From contig CAVRAI010000001.1 of NCBI GenBank assembly GCA_963718915.1, positions 1 through 32,000 of the forward strand: 32,000 nt of DNA, written 5' to 3'. Below are positions 8,042-15,794 of the stretch, in pieces (within the stretch, counting starts at the first letter, position 1; each line of letters starts with the position of its first letter). The notes beneath the pieces are model-generated. The model searched no databases, was not told the origin of the DNA, and worked only from the letters and a program-made list of their open reading frames with translations. The translations under genes were made by a program, and so were the position numbers. The stretch comes from an uncultured Chloroflexia bacterium (GTDB lineage Bacteria; Chloroflexota; Ktedonobacteria; Ktedonobacterales; JADMIN01).

Positions 8042-9709
8042 CTACATCACCAGAGCGTCTCGATGACCTGGCGCCACCTTTGCCAGGTCACGCTCCGGTT
8101 CCAGCGGGATCACGCGCTGGGCCGCGCCAGCTACCTGCGCCTTGCGGCGGGCAAGCCGCGCCTGCTCGCGCAGATCGCTAATCTGGGCGTCCAGCCAGAG
8201 TTTCGCGTTCTCCTCGTTGAGCATCGCTTTCAGGGCAAGCGCGTTCGGCGCCCGCTGCTCCAGTGGCGTCTCAAGCGCCTCTTCCATCGCCTCGGCGGTC
8301 GCCTGCACATCCATCGGCGGCACACCGACCACATAGTCGCGCAGTTGCTCGTAGGCGCCAGCGGTCCGCGAGAGGAGAATTACTCCGGGGCGACGATTGA
8401 CGAGCGCGCCCTCCTTGACCACCAGATTCATGCCGTCGATCACTGGATTGACCAGCAGCACATCATAGCGGCGCATGCAGGCCAGCGCGCGGGCGCGGTC
8501 GTTGCCGAAAATCGCCACCACTGGCTGCCAGTCTGGCGTCCCAAAGCGCGCATTGATCCGGTCGATAATCGCGCGCACCTGTCGCTCGTAGCGGCGATAC
8601 TCCGCCATGCCCTGCCGTGAGGGCACCAGCAGCGCCAGGAAGACTACCTGCCCGCGTAAGTCCTTATTATGGCGCAGGAGATGCTCATATGCCTGGAAGC
8701 CGCGCACAATATTCTTGGTCGGCTCGACACGGTCCACCCGCACGATCAACTGCGTCTCGTCGGTGAGCCGCAACTCGTCGCGCAGTTTGCGCGCCTCATC
8801 GAGCGCCTCGGGCGAGTCGGCGCTAGCCTGCACCTCGCGCGGGGTCACCGCGATGGGATAGGCGCGTACCAGCACCCGACGCCCCTGCCAGAGCAGGACT
8901 CCGCTGCCAGCTGTTGGCGCCTGCTGGACGGTGACACCCTCCAGGAAGCGCTCGGCCCCCTCCAGGAAGTTGCGCGCGTCGCGATCCGTCTGGAAGCCAA
9001 CGACGTCGTTCGCCGCCAGCCCCGTGAAAATCTCGCGCACCATATCATCTGGCAGCAGCTCCCAGTAGCGGGACTCTGGCCAGGGGATATGCACGAACTG
9101 TTCGAGCAGCGCCTCCGGGCAGGCCGCGCGCACCATCGCCGGGGCAAGATAGAGGTGATAGTCCTGGAAGAACACCGGCGTCGATGGGCCGCTGGAAACC
9201 AGCTCTTCGATGACCGCTTCGGCTATCGCCTCATTGACGGCGCGATAGCCTGTCTCCCAGTCCCGGCGCGTACGCGCGCTAAACCGCGCCGAACTCGTCG
9301 GGCGCAGCAGATAGTGCTGGGCGAACCAGAGGATGCGGTTACTGATACCCTCATAAAAGCGCTCATAGGTAGCCGCAGGTACGTCAACCAGGCGCAAGGC
9401 GATATTCGCAAGCTCCGGCGCGTCGGGAATCGTTGCCTTGCCTCTGGCGCGCGCAACGGCGCGATCCGCATCATTCATGGCCAGCGCGATCCACGTCGCG
9501 GGGCGCTTCCCCACCGCGGATACCAGCCCACTGACAACACCGCCCGCGCCACGTTGGGCGATGGGCATCTCATCTTCGTCAAATGCGTAGTCTACCGGCC
9601 CGCGATTGCTGACCAGAATGATTCGCTGGACGCCATCTCCATTCCACACCATGCTCGCCGTTTCCCGACCCTTCGGGTGTGTCGCGAGCCGAGGATTACT
9701 TGTTACCAT
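8042..9709 (-). CDS. otsA: Trehalose-6-phosphate synthase (GT20)
   Basis: GT20 hallmarks are present: IILVSNRGPV, FQDYHLYLAP and a PVIDGMNLVVKE-type region. ATG 9709 is preceded by AGGAGGGAG. The track ORF extends to 9772. Confidence 0.85.
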   Translation of the reverse strand: MVTSNPRLATHPKGRETASMVWNGDGVQRIILVSNRGPVDYAFDEDEMPIAQRGAGGVVSGLVSAVGKRPATWIALAMNDADRAVARARGKATIPDAPELANIALRLVDVPAATYERFYEGISNRILWFAQHYLLRPTSSARFSARTRRDWETGYRAVNEAIAEAVIEELVSSGPSTPVFFQDYHLYLAPAMVRAACPEALLEQFVHIPWPESRYWELLPDDMVREIFTGLAANDVVGFQTDRDARNFLEGAERFLEGVTVQQAPTAGSGVLLWQGRRVLVRAYPIAVTPREVQASADSPEALDEARKLRDELRLTDETQLIVRVDRVEPTKNIVRGFQAYEHLLRHNKDLRGQVVFLALLVPSRQGMAEYRRYERQVRAIIDRINARFGTPDWQPVVAIFGNDRARALACMRRYDVLLVNPVIDGMNLVVKEGALVNRRPGVILLSRTAGAYEQLRDYVVGVPPMDVQATAEAMEEALETPLEQRAPNALALKAMLNEENAKLWLDAQISDLREQARLARRKAQVAGAAQRVIPLEPERDLAKVAPGHRDALVM

Positions 9710-10021
9710 GGCTCCCTCCTTGCTGAATTGACACGCCGAACCCAACGCTCGCAGTCGTGGCGCGATCGGCAAGTGTATTCAGGTACGCATGGAGTATGCC
9801 ACATCGCGGTAAGTTAGAGATAAGCGTTCAATGAGATCAAGCTGAGAAGCCAGACGGGCGTTCATTTCTACGGCTGAGCCTGCTCTACGCCTGCGTTATG
9901 CCACGACTATTGGGGTATTTCGCCGTGCCACGCCGGAAATAGCATACAATACATATCTGAACACTCCTCAGGGAGAATGGATACTTCGCACACGTTCTTG
10001 CCCAGAGAGATGGTGATGTTC

Positions 10022-10708
10022 ATGAAGGCGCATATCTTGCTCGTGGATGACGACCGGCACATCAATCAGGTGCTACGCCGGGCGCTTGTCTATGAAGGCT
10101 ATTCGGTTGATGTGGCATTTAACGGGAATGATGCCCTGCAGAAGACCATCGAACATCCACCGGACGCGGTGATCCTCGATATCATGCTGCCCGGTATGAG
10201 CGGGCTGGAGGTATGTGACCGGCTGCGCAAGTCTGGCAATCAGGTACCGATCCTCATGCTGACGGCGAAGGACGCCATCACAGACCGGGTGTCCGGGCTG
10301 GATATGGGCGCCGACGATTATCTCGTCAAACCGGTTGATCTGGCGGAGTTTCTGGCGCGGGTGCGAGCGCTGCTGCGGCGGCGCAATCCCGAGCAGACGG
10401 AGGTGTTACGCTTCGCCGATCTGGAGCTTGACACGGGCACGCGGGTCGCCCACCGGGGCGCGCGCGCCATCGAGCTATCGACCACCGAGTACGAGTTGCT
10501 GGCGCTGTTTATGCGCCGTCCGCGTCAGGTGCTCACCCGCGACATCATCATGGATCGTGTCTGGGGCTATGACTTCGAGGGCGCATCTAACGTACTGGAA
10601 GTATATATTGGATATCTACGTAGCAAGCTGGAATCCGACGGTGAGCCGCGCCTGATTCATACGCGACGCGGCGCAGGCTACGTGCTGCGCGAAATGCCCG
10701 AAGGATAA
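10022..10708 (+). CDS. OmpR-family response regulator
   Basis: The receiver domain reads [11 protein letters not shown]...[11 protein letters not shown]...LMLTAKD. The winged-helix output domain reads [17 protein letters not shown]...RRGAGYVL. The start is uncertain (candidates at 9977, 10010 and 10022). Confidence 0.9.
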
Positions 10709-10849
10709 GATTGCGGGATTGCTCTGCCAGCGCCACGCTTCAGGAGGTCTATTGAGTGGATTCTGATCGCCCCTGACACGCCACCAGCGCGTCCTGAACG
10801 TTCGGTACAGCCCGAGGCGCCCTGACATCTCGCTCGCATTCGTCGGCGG

Positions 10850-12949
10850 ATGCTGGCCTATCTCTCGATCCGCCAGCGGCTGGCGCTCTGGTATGCGACG
10901 TTGCTGGCGCTGACGCTGGTGCTCTTCAGTGTGATTGTCTATACCGTCGCGCAGAATCAGCTTCAGACCAGCGTCAACGAGGAAATCCGTGGACGCGCCG
11001 TCTATATCGCGGGCGCGCTGCAGGGCGTGCAGGACGCCGTTGGCCAACCGGCAGCTATCACCCCCACCGCCACCGGCACGCAGTCGCCGTCGGCTGCGGC
11101 GTCGCCGACCGCTACCACCGCGCCCACGCAAACGACCGCGCCCACACAGACAGGGTCAGCAGGGACGACCCCCGACGCTACCGCAAATAGCGCGACGCCA
11201 ATCCCAACGGTAGATCCGAAGGCCTCACAGACCATTCAAAAACAGTTGAGCATCAAGGTGCCGAGTGTGCTGGGACGTATCGACCTCGGTTTTGAGGTGC
11301 TCGATGTTAAGGCGCATCCGCGCTATATTGCGCCCGCGCTCAACGGCGCCAGCCTGCCGCTCAATAACGCCGTCATCGACCAGGCGCTACAGGGCGCGCC
11401 GGGTATGTATACCATGCATTCCACATCGCCCGGTAATACACAGTCGCTGCTGGCCATCTACGTCCAGCCCATCACGCTCACGTCCGAGAGCGCCACAACA
11501 CATACGGGATCGGCGGACGGCACGGCCAGCGCGACCGGCGCATCCAAGGCCACCGCAACGCTCTCGCCAAGTGACGCTTCGCAGGAAATTATCGGCGTGG
11601 TGCTAGTCGCCAAGCCGATGGACGACGTGAACGGCGCGCTCAGCACGCTCAGCCGCCTGTTGATTGTCGGCAGCATTATTGCGTTGCTCTTCGCCTTGCT
11701 GGGTGGATGGTTCATCGCCGAGAGCGGCCTGCGCCCCGTCTCGTCGGTCACCCGCGCCGCCCGCGCCATCGCCGCCAGCGCCCATCGCGCCGGACTGGGC
11801 ACCCGTGTCAAATACTCTGGCCCGCGTGACGAGGTGGGCGACCTGGTGACCACCTTCAATGAAATGCTGGAGGCGCTCGAACGGGTCTCGAACGCGCAGC
11901 GTCGCTTCGTAGCCGACGCCTCGCACGAGTTGCGCGCGCCACTCATGACCATCAAGACCACCTTCGATTTCCTGCGCCACGCGCCTGATCTGCCCGCCGA
12001 CGAGCGGCAGGAGATGATCGAGGATGGCTACGGCGAGGCCGAGCGTATGACCACGCTCGTGAACGATATGCTCTTGTTGGCGCGGGTGGATGCTGCCAAC
12101 GGCGGGAAGTACGGGCTGCATGAGGCCTGGCTCGACGATCAGTTGCGCGGACGACGCGAACCAGTGGAACTGGATCAGCTCGCGATGGAGGTCTTCCGCC
12201 AGGGCCAGGGACTCGTCCAGGCGCGCCGCAAGAATCTCCGCTTCTCCGTACTCAACCTGGAGCCGGTGACGGTGATGGGCGATCCTGGACAACTCCGGCA
12301 GTTGGCGCTGATTCTGATCGATAACGCCATCAAATACACGCATGCTGGCGGCAAGATCCGTATTGCCGTGAGCCGCAACGGCCAACTCGCGGCCTTCAGC
12401 GTCACCGATACGGGCATCGGCATCCCCACAGAGGCGCGCCCGCATATCTTCGAGCGCTTCTACCGCGCCGATCAGGCGCGCGCGCGCGAGCAGCAGGGCA
12501 GCGGCCTGGGGCTGGCGATTGGCAAATGGATTGCCGAGGCGCACCAGGGAGAAATCTCGGTGAATAGCCAGGAGGGGCAGGGAAGCACGTTTACAGTGCT
12601 GCTGCCCGCGGTTCGCTGGTCGGAGGGCTGGCCAGCCACCAGCCCGCAGGTGGCCGTTGGCCGCGAGCCGCAGCCCGTGGGCGGACTGAGTAATGTCGCC
12701 CGGCTGGTGCGCCCACGCAAGTTGTCGCGCAGCCGACCCAATGGCAAGCCAAAATCGCTGCCCAGCGGCGAGCATGCTCCTCTGCCTGAGCGCGAGGCCA
12801 CCACCGCGCACACGAGCGGCACGAACCACGGCACGAACCACGGCACGAACGACAACGCCGGGAATCACGCGGAGAAGAGCGCCAGTAACAACCGCCCGAC
12901 GCCATCGCTCCGCAATATCCGCGCGCGCCGCCGCCCGCCGCCAGTCTAG
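10850..12949 (+). CDS. Sensor histidine kinase (HAMP-HisKA-HATPase) with a long low-complexity sensor loop and C-terminal tail
   Basis: Contains the H-box FVADASHELRAPL, the N-box LILIDNAIKYT, and the G-boxes DTGIGIP and GSGLGLAI. Two TM segments flank a roughly 270-aa T/A/P/S-rich region. About 110 aa extend beyond the ATPase domain. Confidence 0.9.
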   Translation: MLAYLSIRQRLALWYATLLALTLVLFSVIVYTVAQNQLQTSVNEEIRGRAVYIAGALQGVQDAVGQPAAITPTATGTQSPSAAASPTATTAPTQTTAPTQTGSAGTTPDATANSATPIPTVDPKASQTIQKQLSIKVPSVLGRIDLGFEVLDVKAHPRYIAPALNGASLPLNNAVIDQALQGAPGMYTMHSTSPGNTQSLLAIYVQPITLTSESATTHTGSADGTASATGASKATATLSPSDASQEIIGVVLVAKPMDDVNGALSTLSRLLIVGSIIALLFALLGGWFIAESGLRPVSSVTRAARAIAASAHRAGLGTRVKYSGPRDEVGDLVTTFNEMLEALERVSNAQRRFVADASHELRAPLMTIKTTFDFLRHAPDLPADERQEMIEDGYGEAERMTTLVNDMLLLARVDAANGGKYGLHEAWLDDQLRGRREPVELDQLAMEVFRQGQGLVQARRKNLRFSVLNLEPVTVMGDPGQLRQLALILIDNAIKYTHAGGKIRIAVSRNGQLAAFSVTDTGIGIPTEARPHIFERFYRADQARAREQQGSGLGLAIGKWIAEAHQGEISVNSQEGQGSTFTVLLPAVRWSEGWPATSPQVAVGREPQPVGGLSNVARLVRPRKLSRSRPNGKPKSLPSGEHAPLPEREATTAHTSGTNHGTNHGTNDNAGNHAEKSASNNRPTPSLRNIRARRRPPPV
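12818..12853 (+). repeat. 12-bp tandem repeat GGCACGAACCAC x about 3 (GTNH peptide repeat) in the kinase tail
   Basis: Read directly. It encodes GTNHGTNHGTND. Confidence 0.85.
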
Positions 12950-13023
12950 ACCGAGAGTGTAGGCAGGTGTCGAGAGCGCGCTGGCGTATCTCCAAGCGGT
13001 CGAAGTGAAATGAGGGATACTAG

Positions 13024-13647
13024 ATGGCAGGTACGAAGATCGCCGTTTTGGGCGCTGGCAATATTGGCGGCACGCTCGGACGTAAATGGGCAGGCGCTGG
13101 GAATAGCGTGACATTCGGCGTCTCGGATCCCAACGGCCAGCATGCGCAGGCTCTCAGGGCAGACCTGGGCAATCAGGTTGCCATCGGGACGATTGCCGAG
13201 GCGCTGCCAGATGCTGAGGTCGTTGTCTTCGCGATTCCTGGCGCCATGATGGCTGAGACCATCGCGGCGAACGCGCCTGCTCTCGCCGACAAGCTGGTGA
13301 TTGACGCGGCGAACCGGATGGGCGAGCAAACCGCCAACAGCCTTGAGGACTTCCGCCGCCATGCGCCCAGCGCTCGATATGTTCGCGCGTTCAATACGCT
13401 CGGTTGGGAGAACTTCGCCGATCCGCTGTTCGATGGCGTGGCCGCCGACCTCATCTATGCCGGGCCAGAGGCGGACCGCGAGCTGGTAGAGCGGTTGATC
13501 GCCGAGATCGGTCTGCATCCTGTCTGGCTGGGTGACGCCGATCAGGCGAGCGCGGTCGATTCGCTGCTGCGCGTCTGGTTCACCCTCGCGATTCAGCGCG
13601 GCCTGGGACGCCATCTGGCCTTCAAGGTGCTCACACGCGGGCAGTAG
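13024..13647 (+). CDS. NAD(P)-binding oxidoreductase, F420_oxidored / NADPH-dependent F420 reductase-like
   Basis: The Rossmann N-terminus is KIAVLGAGNIGGTLGRKWAGAG. The roughly 207-aa size and overall pattern resemble Npd/ProC-like reductases. Confidence 0.7.
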   Translation: MAGTKIAVLGAGNIGGTLGRKWAGAGNSVTFGVSDPNGQHAQALRADLGNQVAIGTIAEALPDAEVVVFAIPGAMMAETIAANAPALADKLVIDAANRMGEQTANSLEDFRRHAPSARYVRAFNTLGWENFADPLFDGVAADLIYAGPEADRELVERLIAEIGLHPVWLGDADQASAVDSLLRVWFTLAIQRGLGRHLAFKVLTRGQ

Positions 13648-13837
13648 ACTGGCGGATAATGGTCGACTTGCCATTACTCGCGCCGCATGTCCGCTCAGCC
13701 AGTATAAGGGATGACGTGACGCCGACTCTGCAGAATGAAGCCTGCAGGCAGTAATCCTGACCGCACAAGGCATTTCACTTGCGGCAAGACCCAGCCAATC
13801 CGGGTCTGTAAACAGTAAGAGAAACGCTACATGGTAA

Positions 13838-14601
13838 ACCCGCTTCACAATTGTCGTCACCCATGCAATTCGCCGCCTGCCTATCTACCTGCTCATTGAT
13901 TGTTCAAGTTGCGATGACAGAGGCAACCAATCGACGCTAATTCGCACTAGTGTTGTAAATCTTGCTACCCTCTTTGCCTGAATATGACATTGTAGCGTTC
14001 ACGAGTACCAGCATGGGTAAATCTCAGTCGACATTCATCTGATGTAACTCGAACCATCTGGCTTAGTCGCCATATTTCACAGTTTGATGTTCCAACGCTT
14101 GACGACACGCGGTCGTGATAGTCGGCTCGACAGCGCTCTTGAATTAATGGTCGGAGTCAATTGAACGAGATCTCAAGCCCAAAACTACGAGTTGCTCATG
14201 TGCGACTATGCGCCTTTGCGCTGTTTCTGTTTAGCGATGCGTAGACGCAACGCGATAGCAAGTGGTTTGCCAAGTCAATCGCTATCAAAGTCAGATACTA
14301 CGGCATTACGTCACTTCGATACAATCTAAAGCCGCGAATGCATTGCATTTGCCGTCGGCCAGATGCTGATGTGGAGGTTCTTCGCCAACTGACTTCTGAA
14401 GTTGCTGAGTCCTAGTGAAGACCTAACTGGAGCAGGATTATTTGACGCTATTTGATCTTTATCTCCGGTTCTACTAAGGCCTCCACACCTGCTGCTGAGA
14501 TACCACCCTATCCACCCGCACCGCGCAGGCGTTTACTTATCGTTCACTACGATGAGCCTACCACCGCGACAAAGAAGCGCCTGCGCCGCCTCCACCTGTA
14601 G
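13838..14601 (+). pseudogene. TerY-type von Willebrand factor A (vWA) domain gene, multiply disrupted
   Basis: No ORF of 60 aa or more lies here, but collinear fragments appear across frames.
- 13862-13978: HAIRRLPIYLLIDCSSCDDRGNQSTLIRTSVVNL (MIDAS DxSxS with S>C).
- 13996-14115: AWVNLSRHSSDVTRTIWLSRHISQFDVPTLDD.
- 14099-14161: TTRGRDSRLDSALELM.
- 14143-14241: ...LCAFALFLFSDA then a stop.
- 14245-14412: TQRDSKW...CICRRPDADVEVLRQLTSEV.
- About 14426-14601: LFDLYLRFY and IPPYPPAP.

These follow the block order I recall for TerY-like proteins: RRLPVYL..DTSGSM, ..ITF.., F..P.L.A.G.T.LG.AL, VF..TDG.P.D, G.G..A....L.Q, FF.WVS.S, LPPPP. At least five stops or frameshifts are present. Confidence 0.6.
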
Positions 14602-14669
14602 TTGATGCGCCCTCGGCAGGAGCATCCTCGTCTGACTGGTGGGAGATCGAGGAAGGGCAGCGCCGCCAG

Positions 14670-15707
14670 ATGCCGTGGCGTCTGCGCCTCCCGCCTGCTC
14701 CCGCGCCAGAACAGCCCGCCGCCCAGCCACCCGCAGCGCCTCCGCCACCCGCGCCTGGCGGTGTGCCATCTCCATCCGCGCCGCCACCAGAGTCAATTGC
14801 TGGCGAAGTAGGGTCGCCCATCGTTACCCCACCCTCGCGCTCGACCAACCGCGCGCCACAGGCGAAGGCGATGGAAACGCTGCAATTCACGGCCTATCAT
14901 CCCAATGAAGCGCCGGTTGAGACCTCACAGACATTGCTGGTCTACGCGCACCTCGGCCAGCATGTACCGCAGGTGCAGCGGGACGCCGGAACATTCGCCG
15001 AACTGGGCAGCGCGCCCGCGACAGCGCTGGGCATGGCGCAACGCAAGATTCCGCGCAATATCGAGATTACCGTCGAGCCGCACATGGAGGGCGTCACCTT
15101 CTCGCCCGCACAGGATAGCTTCATCTGGCGCGGCGACTGGCATCGCTCGCTCTTCCGCTATACCGGGGCGAGCGCGCTGGCAGGCACCGTGCAGCGGGGG
15201 CGGATCGATATCTACGCCGAGCGCATCTCGCCCATCTGCACCATCGAGGTCGCGTTCTCATTCCACACGGGCATCCCGTCAACAGCGCTGGTTGTGCCGC
15301 ACGGCATCAACGTCACCGCCAACGTCTTCGACCGTGTCTTCATTTCATACAGCCACAGTGACCAGGAGGCAATGCGCCAGGCGCGCGAGAACTACGAAAA
15401 GCTGGGCATCACCGCCTACCACGATGATCTGCTGAAGGCGGGCGAGAACTACGAGCAGCGGCTGGCCGAGATGATCCGCGCCGCGAACATCTTTCACCTG
15501 CTCTGGTCCGAGACGGCGGCGCGCTCGTCCGAAGTCCGCAAAGAGTGGATGCTGGCGCTCAGCGCCAACAACGTCGAGCAGTTCATCCGTCCATGGTACT
15601 GGCAGCAGCCCTTTATCTCCCCTCCACCAGAGTTGGAGGCGCGCAAAATCTCGTTCCGCTATGAGCATCTGCGTCGCCGACTGCTTAACCCATCCACCTG
15701 GTTCTAA
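14670..15707 (+). CDS. TIR-domain protein with a Pro-rich leader and an unassigned N-terminal domain
   Basis: The C-terminal roughly 120 aa (about 15336-15640) reads VFISYSHSDQEAMRQARENYEKLGITAYHDDLLKAGENYEQRLAEMIRAANIFHLLWSETAARSSEVRKEWMLAL. This shows bacterial TIR_2-like landmarks: the FISYS..D start and the S..V.KEW segment carrying the conserved Glu. The preceding domain starts METLQFTAYHPNEAPVETSQTLLVYAHL and is unrecognised. An alternative start is ATG 14871. The frame is open from 14556 but has no earlier start codon. Confidence 0.75.
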   Translation: MPWRLRLPPAPAPEQPAAQPPAAPPPPAPGGVPSPSAPPPESIAGEVGSPIVTPPSRSTNRAPQAKAMETLQFTAYHPNEAPVETSQTLLVYAHLGQHVPQVQRDAGTFAELGSAPATALGMAQRKIPRNIEITVEPHMEGVTFSPAQDSFIWRGDWHRSLFRYTGASALAGTVQRGRIDIYAERISPICTIEVAFSFHTGIPSTALVVPHGINVTANVFDRVFISYSHSDQEAMRQARENYEKLGITAYHDDLLKAGENYEQRLAEMIRAANIFHLLWSETAARSSEVRKEWMLALSANNVEQFIRPWYWQQPFISPPPELEARKISFRYEHLRRRLLNPSTWF

Positions 15708-15715
15708 ACACAACG

Positions 15716-15740
15716 ACCGCTCCTCACATCGAGGAGCGGT
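15716..15740. terminator. Bidirectional stem-loop between convergent genes
   Basis: ACCGCTCCTC-acatc-GAGGAGCGGT gives a 10-bp perfect stem, starting 9 nt after the TIR gene stop. The flanks are only weakly T-rich. Confidence 0.55.
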
Positions 15741-15747
15741 TCTGCCT

Positions 15748-15770
15748 CCCCTCTCCCCGTGGGAGAGGGG
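15748..15770. repeat. GC-rich palindromic (REP-like) element
   Basis: CCCCTCTCCC-cgt-GGGAGAGGGG gives a 10-bp stem. It is followed by GGGGTGAGGTCTGGGGTGAGGTC, a direct repeat of GGGGTGAGGTC. Confidence 0.5.
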
Positions 15771-15794
15771 CCGGGGGTGAGGTCTGGGGTGAGG

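Noticed and set aside
9800-9976. Promoter call for the response-regulator operon (TACAAT near 9945).
   Set aside because: A -10-like hexamer is present, but I could not find a convincingly spaced -35 element. The support is too weak to list as a feature.
11603-13114. 503-aa ORF on the minus strand. Similar long antisense ORFs occur at 8669..9817(+), 5991..6986(+), 19884..20966(+), 1334..2056(+), 12946..13860(-) and 31442..31930(-).
   Set aside because: Each lies antisense to a gene with clear family motifs (kinase, OtsA, Clp-N, ManC/DSP, FEN, reductase, CoaD/ECH). Their products are Arg/Ala/Gly-rich with no motifs. This is the expected artefact of stop-poor reverse frames in GC-rich DNA.
14040-14062. 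GGTTCGAG (minus strand), resembling a tRNA T-loop.
   Set aside because: The flanking bases cannot form a 5-bp T-stem, and no acceptor or anticodon arms are evident. The segment is better explained as part of the vWA pseudogene.
14198-14371. 57-codon ATG ORF (MCDYAPLRCFCLAMRRRNAIASG...) in the low-GC gap as a small protein gene.
   Set aside because: It has no SD sequence and odd composition. Its sequence overlaps the collinear vWA fragments in another frame, so it is most simply a by-product of pseudogene decay.
14670-15707. Calling the TIR gene a Thoeris (ThsB) system or part of a TerY-phosphorylation triad.
   Set aside because: No ThsA (SIR2/SLOG/Macro) gene, and no PP2C phosphatase or Ser/Thr kinase gene, exists anywhere in the window. 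Only the domain-level call is supportable.
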